A DNA stretch of 64,000 nt from contig NMRA01000389.1 of assembly GCA_002633005.1 (NCBI GenBank), positions 1 to 64,000 of the forward strand, given 5' to 3'. Numbering within the stretch: position 1 is the stretch's first letter; every line of letters starts with the position of its first letter. Position numbers and translations under genes: made by a program. Shown piece after piece: positions 21,936 through 33,900 of the stretch. The notes below the pieces were generated by a model. The model searched no databases. It worked only from the letters and a program-made list of their open reading frames with translations, and had not been told where the DNA came from. Source of the stretch: Phoronis australis (taxonomy: Eukaryota > Animalia > Phoronida).

Positions 21936-24900
21936 AAGGCCCCCAGGGGCACACCCAGAGTGCAGACAACGGCAGACGTCCATTTCTGTACATACTGAGG
22001 TGGACTTTAAATGCTCCCGTGGTCAGATGTTGGTACCTCGTTCATCTATGCTAAGTGCTCTGGGCTGCCGGTCTATATCCCCATTTCCTCTCCCTCTCCA
22101 TTATTTTTAACTTCTCTGTTCCCACACCACTCCCCTTAGTAATTTTGAACAGGTTGATATAAGAAGGCCTTTTGTGCACCATTTCTCTTCATACTAGGTG
22201 AAGGGCTGCTACTGGTAGGCAAGAAAGCTAGTGTCTTCAATAAATTTTGCCAGGTTTTAAAATTTCTTCCCAGGTCTGCATTGTAAAATTAACCAAGCAT
22301 TTCTGAAGGAAACAGAATCAAATTTATTTATCATCAGACAGCAAGCATCCATAAAGTATCAACTCTTATCTAAGGCAGCAATGTTAGTTAATTTTCTTTC
22401 CTGGAAGGAGAAAAGTGCTCTGAACAATTGTTGACCTCCTTTATGACATTTATGAAGCCCATTTGAAGAATCTGCACATTTATGGATATTCATCAAGGTC
22501 GCTGAATACCCTGGTGTCAGCTACTATCTGAGACACAACCAAGACACTTTTGTAACCACTCAAAAACAACCTGTGATACATTTGATATCAAACAGAATTG
22601 GAATAGAATAGCCTTATCCTAAGTGGGACAAGTACTTGATAGATATGATGGATGAACATTTGCATTTCCCTTTAACCAGTGTCTTGTGCAAATAGTTGAA
22701 AGAAATGCAACCAAAGGCAAAAGGGTCAATTAACTCTTAATGATAACTGAGAACAATTAGATGGCGCAATAAAGAATATTCAACAACCCCTAAGCACAGT
22801 AAAATTTTTGCACTTGAAATACTCCAAATCATTCTCCCACAATTACCTCAATGATTTTGAAAAATAAAATAAAATAAGGTACTGTATACCAGTATTGCAT
22901 TGGTTGAAGGGGGTAACTAATTCCCATTGTGGCTTAGAATTTGTGGATGGTTGTAAATCGTGGGTGCACTTCACACACAATAGCACATGATAACAGCAAG
23001 GTCAGTGAATTATTTCTTTGTGAACACTGTTCTTAGCCATACAACTGTCCCAGTTGGCCTGTCTAAGTAAGCACAACTTAACATAGGGTTTATGGTCCTG
23101 GATGAAAAGTCAATTGTTTTATTACCCCTTATGAGTTTTGAATATCCAAGCTGAGAACACAAAAAACTAACTTCTCTCCACACAAGACCAGTCAGAATTT
23201 CCCCCCGGGTCATTTCTACATCTAGAGAAGTCCTGACCTTACTGTCAAAATGAAATACTAATTAGTTGAAAACAACCCATGTAAATATTAAGCAAACAAG
23301 AAAAAACAAAACATACCGGTACTTGATATTCGAATTAATGCTTTTGTTCATGGCAGAATGTTAATGAACCGAATAAAAGACAATGGCCTAACAAAACCAT
23401 GCTTTATGGTTACACACAGCTAAACTGTTTATACATAACTTATTCATTTACACATTTAATAAAAACACCATGTGCCGTTTTTCTTGAAAGTGCCAAATAT
23501 ATATGCAAATTTCATTCTTTAATTATGACTTCAAATACATTAATGAAAGTGCAATGGAACATTTGCAGTAGGACAGAGAATTTACTTTTAAATGTCAGAC
23601 TTCTAAGCTTAATTATAGATTATATATCCTAATTGTTTATGATAATACAGGAGTTAGTCATCAATCAGTCTCATTGATTTTATCAGACTCTTTTCTGTAG
23701 TCAGATACATTCACGTACTACTAGCCTGCTTTTCATTCTAGCCGAAATCACTCGATGAAGGGGTGGGGAGGGGGGGGGGTCAGAGTAGGATTATGCTCAT
23801 AAAGTAACTTGCCAAATATGCCGTCTTGTCATTATAATGTCAAAACTTGAACGAGTGTATACCTTATCTCTAAGTTCTCTAACCCCTCGATGTACTGTAT
23901 TACATGTCTCAGTCCCTATACAATCTTGCAAACAAAGTTGAGATTGATTAATGTACCGGTAATCTTCAAACAAATAAGTACACTTTGTCACAACTGCTGT
24001 GTAAAGATTATCAGTGATTTTATTCTGCACATTTTCCGTTTATGTTATGATTCAACTTTATTTTGATTGTTGCCAATACCAAATATAATTCCATTCTAAA
24101 TATCAATACCAACAAATTGATTTATTAGTTAATTTATGAAACATAAACAGTGTTTTGATGCTGTGTGTATAAAAACCATGACCAGACAAATATCACATGA
24201 CCAACTGCCGTATTGTCCACAATTCCATAATGAAGTGGTTGTTTAACATAGAATATGCACGTGACCCGACATCACATCTGGGTCACAATAATCCGATATG
24301 TTGCATTTGCTTGCACGAACAGCAACAAACACATTAATATTTCGCATGCTTTTTTGTTTGGAAATCTTAAAATGGGATCACCCTTGAGGTTCTGTGACAC
24401 AATGAGGTGAAATTGGTAAATTTAAAAAAATCATGATGAGAACTGAAAACTGCTGATAATCTTTAATGGTTTTTAAGTAAAGATATGGTATCAATCAGTA
24501 AACGTCAATCACACAAACTAAAATACAAGAGTAGCTGATATTCGATTTCTCACTCTTTCAGTATCAAATAGTCATTACAATCAAGTGCACACAATCATTA
24601 GTGACTCATTTTCTATGTAATTTTGTACCAAGATTTGAAAACAACGGCCACGTATGTCATAGAGAGAATGCAGAGAATTCAAAATAAAGTCACAGTGATC
24701 TCCATGTTAATTATTTTCATCATACACATCCATAAAAACCTCATACAACTTCCACTTGTAATCAATTAGTTAAGGAACTGCCTCACCAGTAAAGAGTTTC
24801 AACTGGGATATCCATCCATTGCTCTTGAAAATATTAAGGAACTGTTTCCGAAACCAGACCGCAAGGTCAACCTGTACTACTTATACTAGTTGGCGTTACC

Positions 24901-26420
24901 GTTATAGAACTTCACGATTATCTATAAGACACCCACTTCTCCCACCCCACTCAATAAAGTGATCCTTTGAGTGATGTCTTGCAAACCATTTAGCATGGCA
25001 CAATTCTTAATTAAAGGTAACTGTATTTTATTCTGAATAAATTTTGCATAGTTTACTATGAGATGTTGATTAATTTCACAAATAATTCAAAAAAGTAAAC
25101 TTATATTCTCTAACAAAACTTATAAAAAATCACCAGCTTGGAAAGCTGCTTCCCATGACGTACTTGGTGGGGTAAAGTCAGTGGCGTTCTTCAAATTGTC
25201 GGAATAAGAAATTTTAGTGTGAAATGTCGGGTCACCAGCGATACCTGTTTGAGCCGAAGCAACACAAAGTGATACCCAATCGTTGTCATCATCAGACAAA
25301 AATTTGCCACTGCAACCAGTCCACATCAACAATGTACACTGGTGTGACTGTGGGCAGTGTGAACTCTAGCCAGCCAATACTCAGCTCTGTAAACTTGAAG
25401 GATTGGTTAGTTACCGACTATAGCTGTATGAAGACAATCATACCTCTGTGTGTTGAGTCCCGTAAGACCCCGACATTTCACACAGTCCATGACTACCCGG
25501 GTAGTTATGCTCGTCACCTTGTCGTGAAACTTACATGAACATGTAGAGCTAATGAGTAACGGACCGGCGGGTGACATGCATGCAAAGTCTGGTAGTCGAC
25601 TGACACTCACACTGTTCCTTGTAGCCGTTTAAGTGGAAAACAATCAAATAAACATCATTTTCTCAACATGGACGACAATAACATGACGATGACAGATACA
25701 ATCGTGAGAGAGACGACGACAGTGATGACGAGAGCAGACGTAACGATGATTAATAACGATGACGTTAATAATTGACGAAATCGAAGTTGACTGATGAAAA
25801 AGGAACAGCGCATGCTGTAGCAAACCAATCGCTGATAGATGGTGCTAGATAAAGTAAGTTCCCTGAAATGGCTGCCGATTTCACGATGCGCGTGGCTAAA
25901 GTGGACCGAGTTAGGAATGGCGTAGTTATAGACTTGATAGCCAGATGTCAGAGGAATACAACGATACCAAAATCATTCATTTAGACCTACATTTAGTGGA
26001 TTTATTTGGAATAAGTTAGGCCCATTATATCCGACTAGTGCCGATAATCCTAGTCTTTTGTTCTTTTATTTTTATCCGTCTAACGATTCTAATCAGGCGG
26101 AAGTGATGAAAAAGTCACGAATAAGCGTTACGCCTGTTATCTGGTTGTACACAGTGGAAATAACCGGTCCACAATGACTTCCGGACACTTTAGACGGCTA
26201 ACTTACACAGGATTGAAAATGGATGTGAGATTTCGAAGCCGATGCGAGACACAAGTTCAGCCGCGGGACAGATAGACACTCCGAGTCTCTCGACAAAAAC
26301 CGTATGGTCGATCAAGAAAGGTTTGCGTCTAAAATTGACGTATAGATGTTGCCTGGGATGAAGAAAAGCAACAAACGAAATTACTTCCAAACGTGAACAA
26401 ACTTAAACACTTAATCTTAC

Positions 26421-27971
26421 CGAGTTACGAACCTTTCGATGATGTCCTTTGCAGCGGCTCAAATCACGGAAGTAAACGATTGAGGCGTGGTGAGGTCAGA
26501 GCCTCTTTCGGAGACCGTGCCAGTCCGGTCATCTCCGGCAAGATGTTGTTTCGAAACCGCACACAAGAGAGCGCCTCGATCCTTGGTCAGTTTGCAGTAT
26601 AGGTAGCGCTGTGTCAGAGGGTAGGTCAGAAGCGGTAGTGTGTGAAGCCAATCAGGTAATAATTTATTTGAAACACTCGAGCCGTCTTAGACGCAACGTC
26701 AAGGTTACTTGATCTTTCGTTAGGAAGTTCTAATTTATACGGTTACCCTCTTCTTGTCTTCCGGCAAAGTTTTAGGTCTTCGTAAGTGACTCACGGAGGT
26801 AATTATTACTGCTTCAATCCAGGGTTACAAAGCTGTATAGTCCGATTACCTCTCGTCGTCAGTCTCCAAAGGTCGTCCGCCATCTTGTTTCGCGTGCAGC
26901 GCTGCCACGCGGGACTTAGCGTTCCAATTTGGAACGCTCGTCTGCACGTTAGGTACTAACCTCTCGGGAGAAACACGCGTGGAAGAACTGCGACTAAAAT
27001 TAATGCATTTACCGACTGTTTTTTTGAGACCACTTAAAAACTTGTTGATTTTACTAATGCACTTTTTTGTTCATTTTCAGAAGATATTTTCGAAATTAAA
27101 TTTTCTTCAGACGGAACAAAAAGCAACCCAGGGATTGTTTATGCAATGTATCTATTTGTCCCAGGCACTAACCGACATCTGTTAGGCCAAAGGAAAAACG
27201 CAGCAGACNCACTCGAAGGGAATTTGAAGAGATCGAATGAAAGAAAGTATTCTAAGAGTTGTCCGATGCTAGTTTCGTGGAGTTCCATGCACATTTGAGT
27301 AGAAAATTCCGAGCAAACAGATTTCGAGTGTCCAACCTTTATGTTTTCTTATATATATATATATATTATTGAGTGACGTCATTTGCGATAAACCCAAGCG
27401 CCTGTGCTTGGTACAAAGCTGTATATAAATATATAGCTTTGCACCGATGTGGGTAAAAAAGTGGTAAGATAAAATCTGTCACAAAATTAGTGTCATTAAA
27501 AACTACAGTCTTCCTTGAGTAAACAAAATTATTTAACAGTGTTGGAAAAAATGGCGTTCTACCGTTATTCTGCTGCTAAAGTTGTGGAGCGATCTTTAGC
27601 GGCGGCTTTCGCCTAGTTTTGGCACCGTGAAATATTGCGTCACCCATTGGCCAGTTTCTTGTTTCGCCGATTCTTCAATCAACTGCTGTTCTTTCACGAG
27701 CTTGCGTAAACGTCACAACAAATTATTGGAACTGGTTTCACTTCATTATAATTTTTTAGAATTTCGATACTGAAAAACCAAATTTCAGAAAAATTTTGCC
27801 TCTCCGAAGTTGTCGCGAAAATTTAGGAAATGGCGCGTGCGCGTGACAGTGACACGAGTGTATTGTTTTCAAAACGACGACATACTTTTCATTGTTAGAA
27901 AAGGCGGAGAGTTACGCAAGAAAATGAGGTTTATTGCATTGTTTTTCACTTAAACGGCTGTAACGGGCAAG
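26421..27971. promoter_or_regulatory. Putative divergent promoter region and non-coding first exons of RhoGDI (-) and FDXR (+)
   Basis: CpG-richer segment. Minus-strand donor G|gtaag at 26421/26420, plus-strand donor AAG|gtgagt at 27971/27972. YY1-like ccgccatctt (~26877) and aaaatggcg (~27548); TGACGTCA at 27374. Both genes have a splice acceptor just upstream of their ATG, so upstream UTR exons are expected. Confidence 0.45.
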
Positions 27972-28169
27972 GTGAGTATCGGTTGACTCCCGGATTTTGC
28001 ATGCACCCCGCCCGGTCTTTAGCTTTACATTTTGATACAAGTTTCACGGCGCGGTGATGAGCAGAACTACCCTGGCTGCGTGCAATTTCGGGGTCTACGG
28101 AAGAAATACACACAGTGGTACCTAGCTGTATTTTGACGACAGTCTTCATACAGCAATTGGCTGGCTAGA

Positions 28170-28600
28170 CATAGTGTACCTAATTATCGGAGGACCCTAA
28201 ATATCGGACAGACCCTAAATATCGGACATTACATAAAATCTTACTTGAGGCATAATCTCAGTAATAAATGACACCAATTTTTGTTCCGCTGTAATACATT
28301 CAATGTCGGGCACCGTCTTGTTTTTTACAGCGTTGCCTCGTTTTGATTTCACTGAGAGAGGGTGCAATTTAGACCTCCAAGTCGGCCTAAAATGGACGAT
28401 CACTTAAATTAGTTTGATAACGGGAGTATTTGTTGAGTTGGAAGGAATTAAATACATTGATGATCTCCTAAGGTGTCCATCTATGTGCAAAAGGTATTTA
28501 TAACAACGTGACTTTGATGTTTTAGTCAGTGCGAGGCATGATTCGCCATTCTCCGCCTTTTGTAACAAAGAAAAGTCTCTCGTAGTATTGAAAACTGTAC
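28170..28600. repeat. Dispersed repeat (DNA-transposon-like); related inverted copy at ~52085-52225
   Basis: Tandem gaccctaaatatcggaca at the left end; a shared segment gives the same TKxSKSRCYKYLL pseudo-peptide in ORFs 28404-28613(-) and 52013-52540(+). Confidence 0.55.
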
Positions 28601-28859
28601 GCTCATGATACACGCCATTTCGTATTTTTTTTGCGACATCTCTCAGGAGATGATGGCTGCTTTACACCAGCAAAGTTTGTTCTGAACTTCGGTTTGCTGG
28701 TATTAAAATACTAAAAACCTATAACGAAATGAAACTGGTTCCAATATTTTGTTGTGGCATGTACCGTACCACATGGAAGAAGAACGGTACATTGTTTTTG
28801 ATAATTGTTCTAAATTTCTCCAAACATTTTTCTCAGCACGTGGAAACTAAAAATGTTGA

Positions 28860-29671
28860 GGGCTGTTCCAGCAAAATCTGTATGGGAGGGGAGAAGGCAC
28901 TTTTATTTCGTACCCACCGCCCATATTTTTCATTTATTTCTCCAACCCATGACCCATAAGTTTTTAATTATTTTTATTAGGTTAAAATATAAAATCCAAC
29001 ACTTGCAAACAAATTGCCTCCAGGAGGACCTGTTAAGAACTTAGATGATTAACAGACAAGAACTAGTTGTCTTGTCCAATATTAAGTAGCCTGTGAGCAA
29101 TACTTGTGGCAGCCACCAGGTGTCTCTGTTCACCATGTGTCTATAATTTCAACGAACATTTTTTCAATTATAAGGATCTATGAATCTCAAACTGTCTCCA
29201 CGAACTCTTTTATACTTCTATGTCAAGTGCATATTGGAACTTGTTTATCTTACTCCTCATACTTTTTATTTAAAAATCATCAATTGAATTTTCTTATATG
29301 TGTTAACACCAGTTTAGCGTTGCATAACATTTCAATTCAATAGGACTGCAGACAAACAGTTGGCTCAAATCAGGTTGCCCATGACTTGATTAATGGCTTA
29401 GTGAACATATTGCACTCTGTTCACTGGTAATATGGACTTTTTTGTATTGGGATAAGTTAGGATATATGCCAATTGCATTTTTTTGAGTTTTGACGGCTGA
29501 AGTAACCAACCTGTCAACATTAACAGGTCAAAAAATACCACCCATTTTTAGTGCATCACTTCTTACAGGAATGACCACCCATAATTTGATTTTTTTTCTG
29601 GAGACCACCACCCATGAATTTTTATTTCTTCTGCCGTCTGCCCCCCCACACGGATTTTACTGGAACAGCCC
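28860..29671. mobile_element. PIF/Harbinger-like MITE, copy 1
   Basis: TIR gggctgttccag(c/t)aaaatc; 3-bp TSD TGA on both sides. Confidence 0.75.
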
Positions 29672-29967
29672 TGATTAAGAACAATAGAAGCTCACCGTTT
29701 ATCTAGATTTTAACCAAGTTTGTTTGTTCAGCTTGTCACACAGCCAAAGCAGACTCCAACCAATGACCACCGATTCTAAATGCCTTCACAGCTGGATCTA
29801 GCGATCACAAACCCGAAGCTACTTCATACATCTCCGTCACCTATACTTGCTCAAATTGATGCCGTCATCTTCATGGTCATCACTTTTGTCAGACAAGTTC
29901 CACTGTCCAATTTGGAAGTGCCCTAAGTTCCTCATAAAAATCTGACTTGCTTTCCATTTCTGGCTAA

Positions 29968-30536
29968 GGGCTGTTCCAGTAAAATCTGTATGGGAGGGGG
30001 GGAGGCACCTTTTTTTCGCACCCACCACCCATATTTTTCATTTATTTCTTCAGCCTACCACCCGTAATTTTTTATAAGTTTGAAATGCAACCACCCGTAA
30101 TTGTTTTTGTTCTTGTGGTTGACTGCACAGGCGCTTGAGTTTATCTGTTCCTCCATCACCACTAACGTCATTCATTACTAAGAAAACATTATGTTTCCTA
30201 TATATGGTTATTAGCCATCGAGAAATTCGAGCACCTGTGGTTAAATGGTGTTATGGGCATGCCGATGAGGAGATCGGAGGGAGTGAAAAAGTCGGAGCTT
30301 TTTGCAAGTTGCATTTTTGTTTCTGTTTTTGATTCTGTGCGGATTGTTTATAAAATTTACTAAAATTACCCACCATCAAACATTTATGGCCCAATGAAAC
30401 AACAATGACCTGTAAATTTTTATTTTTTTGAAGTACGACCACCAGCCATTTTGAATTTAAATCAAACACAACCACCCATAAATTTTTATTTCAGTTGCCT
30501 TCCCCCCCTCCCACACAGATTTTGCTGGAACAGCCC
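29968..30536. mobile_element. PIF/Harbinger-like MITE, copy 2
   Basis: Same TIR as 28860-29671; flanks TAA/TGA; internal accaccc(a/g)t repeats. Confidence 0.75.
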
Positions 30537-30951
30537 TGATCAGAAACTGATAAACACTGGTTATGTCAGAACATGGTCGATTGGGAGAACTGAGACTTTG
30601 ATCGCACGAAAGGTGATTTGGCTGTTACAAGTCTGTCAGGAATTGCAAACGGTCAAGTTGAGATGAATAACGAAAGTGTATACTAATTCAGACATCAACT
30701 ACTAAAATAAATATATTAAGAATATACATAAAAATGGTATGCACGTGTGTTGAGGATAGCCTTCAGCCACTAAGTGGAACATAGATGCATGCAACTACAT
30801 GGAAAATACTTAATAAGTGAAAAATTTAAAAAATAAGTTTTGGATGTAGGCATATAAGCCAAATTATGTTTATATGTGGTAAATATTTTACTGAATGTAT
30901 TCAACACTACTGTGGACATTTTGTGTGCTTTCAGTTGGAGACCACTTCAGA

Positions 30952-33900
30952 ATGAAGCAACTGTGTCACCTGAGGAAAACACTACAGTCGTCACTGTTTA
31001 TTAGCTCAGTGACATCTTACCGTGGTCTGGTTTCAACTGCGCCTCACGTTTGCATTATTGGGAGTGGACCTGCTGGCTTTTATACTGCCCAACAACTTTT
31101 GAAGGTATTTGTTGTAGTAATAAAAAAATGTTGACATAAATTTTGAACGATTTACACAATTTTCATTTTGCCATGCTTATAGTGTGAGGATTTTCCCCTC
31201 ATCGTTTATACACCTACGTATATTCTAATAGTTTGTACGTTCTTAGAAATCTTCAAATAATTGGCATAGTTGATGTCTTCTAAAGCAATAATTCATAAGA
31301 TTTGTTCCCATTAATAAGTAAAAGTCAAACATTCACTACTACTTTACTGATAATATACTTAGCTGGTCAGATGTCATCTGATGACCTAATGACTGGGAAT
31401 GATGGACAGCCTACTTAATGTGTGAAATATTCCAGAGTCACCCGACTGCAATAGTGGATGTGTACGAGAAGCTTCCAGTCCCCTTTGGACTGGTGAGATA
31501 TGGGGTTGCACCCGACCACCAAGAAGTGAAGGTTCGTCAAGTGTGCTACCTTGTCAATTATGTTGCAAGGGAAATGAAAATGGTCTTCACAGATATGCAT
31601 AGAACTCATTCAAAAACTTTAATAGTCATTTATTCAATACTATTTGTCTATAAGAAAATCTGCAGGTAATGTATACAATTCATTCAATGAATAAAAGTGT
31701 TTTTACTTTGGAGAACCCTTTCGATTTAATTTCAGAGTCTTCTTGGTTCAAACACGTGAACTTTAACAAGCTCTGAGGTGCCATAATAGTCAGAATTTGT
31801 CTGTCACACCTCTTGAGAAAGAGCAATGCTCAAAGGTTTGAGGTCTTAATTACAATTGTATTTCGCATTTTATGCACTTTTATTCAGTTTTATTGTCTGG
31901 AACAGCTTCTAACAGTGCTATTCTTTTTATCAACCTAAGCACTATATGTGTTTTGTACATTCTGTTTTTGAAATTTTTTATCAGTTTTCTTTGTCTGTGC
32001 TTTACTTTACCAGCTCATTTCATTGTCAGCAAGTCAGTTTGTGTTTTTTGTCATATCATTGTCATCCATAAAGTACATATGCATGTCATGTGTCGAGTCT
32101 CTCCTACGTTATAATTACATAATTTCAGAACGTGATTAATACCTTCAGACAAACTGCTCAGAATGAACGGTTTTCATTTATTGGCAATGTGACTGTGGGC
32201 AGGGATGTTAGTGTGAAGGAACTAAGAGAGGCGTACTCTGCTGTTGTGCTGGTAAGTCGTGTTTACCTTAGTTATCTAATAGTTCTACTTATATTTTATT
32301 TTGTTGAAAATTCATGAAAAATGCTTTTCAAGCTTTATTTCATATCTGCTCGATTAGGTCATATTTTCTACATACTTTACATTGATTGTACAACCATTGC
32401 TAGGGTAAAGTCTTACTCATTCAATATGGCTGACAATTGAAGCATTATATTTTGTCATTTTTTTGTAAAATGTAGGTAGAACGAAGTAATTGTGATATGA
32501 TGTTTAAAGATCTATATTTTAGCCATCATCAGACAATGAGTCTGAGAAATTGAGAGCCTTCGTAGCAATATTTAGTCTTTGGGAATAAAAAAGATCAATT
32601 TTGGCAATTATTTTTGTCCGAAATTGGTCAGAGATTTTGCCATATGTAAGTTGTTGATTATCAGGTCTAAACCGTTTTTTTAAAGATAGATTATTATTTT
32701 GGTATCATAGTGTTTTCATAGTGATGTTACCAAGAGATGCAAGTGTTGTATTTGCATAATTGTTGAAGTCGGGGATATAACTTCTCATCATTCAGACATA
32801 TTTTTGCTTCTAACTTATGTAACTTGAATCAGAAACAAGAAGGTAGTTAAACATTTTTGTAATTGACTTTTATATGTTTTTCAGTGTTACGGTGCTGAAG
32901 ATGACAGGCAGCTGAATATTCCTGGAGAGGTCAGTTGGTGACATACAGTGTATATGCTCAACTTCTGATTTCTGATCAGTACCAGTCATTGTTCATGGAG
33001 TGTTGGAAGCCTACCAATTTATGACACATTTCAGACTTCAGATTGCTTGCCACTCAAGAATTCATTACCTTTACTTGTTAGGCTGATTACCACTGTCTCT
33101 GCTCCATGTCTAGTCTATGGGAGGGTAGTTCTGAAAAGAACCAATGCCATCATGCCTTGTTTTGTTTTGAGTGTGCTCACTCACTGGCAGGTGTAACAGT
33201 TGGCATAAGGCTTGTTAGTTGATGTGGTTTTTGCCGACTAGGTCAAAGCGGGCATTAAAACTAGTTTGTCCAGTTTGTCGGTTTATAGGTTCATGGTTAA
33301 TTTAGCTGTTATTCTGGAAATTAATATGAATTAGTTTATTGCATTTTTTGTCTTGTCAGTACTTTTTGTGATTACACAGTAAACAGCTTCACAATCAAGT
33401 TTAACGATGCCTTTGACATTTGTATGTTACTTAAAGCTTAAATGAAGCCTAGTTACATCATTTGAGTTGCATTCTGTTCTTTACCAGAGCTACACGTATG
33501 TGCTGTCAATTCCGATTGTTCATCTGATGTGTTGATACCTTATTTTTAAATTTTAAGAACTTGCAAGGCGTGATGTCTGCTAGGAAGTTTGTTGGTTGGT
33601 ATAATGGATTACCAGAGTTCAAAAATGTGAGTATGGTGGCTGTGTTGCTCGTTATGATTTTCATGTAATTTTTTAGTTCACCATAATGTTTCTTGTGTTG
33701 TTTCAAATGTATCTACTTCATGACATGTCTATTACAGTCATTGGCTGGTCTATGGTTGTGAGCATGAGGGGCATTCCAATTCAAGTTTTGATATTTTGAG
33801 CAGCAGGAAATGCTTTTGGTATGGAAACTATCGAGAGGATTTGAAAACCTGAAACCATTCAATATCTTAATGTTGAGATTTCTAATTTGTTGCAACATAC

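Larger units (their letters stand above)
16158..22075 (+). mobile_element. Academ(X)-like DNA transposon, internally deleted, with ~1.2-kb repetitive TIRs
   Basis: Termini TAGACCGGCAGCCCAGAGCAC...GTGCTCTGGGCTGCCGGTCTA, 3-bp TSD TAT (16155-16157, 22076-22078), arms ~16158-17350 and ~20820-22075, and internal remnants of an XPG-like nuclease-containing ORF. TAG termini, 3-bp TSD and XPG domain match the described AcademX group. Confidence 0.8.

Noticed and set aside
16300-21937. Apparent family of small repeated proteins (MNHxELVLCGTSNV...) or a CRISPR-like array
   Set aside because: They are translations of the TIR tandem repeats. There are no unique spacers or cas genes, and the context is eukaryotic.
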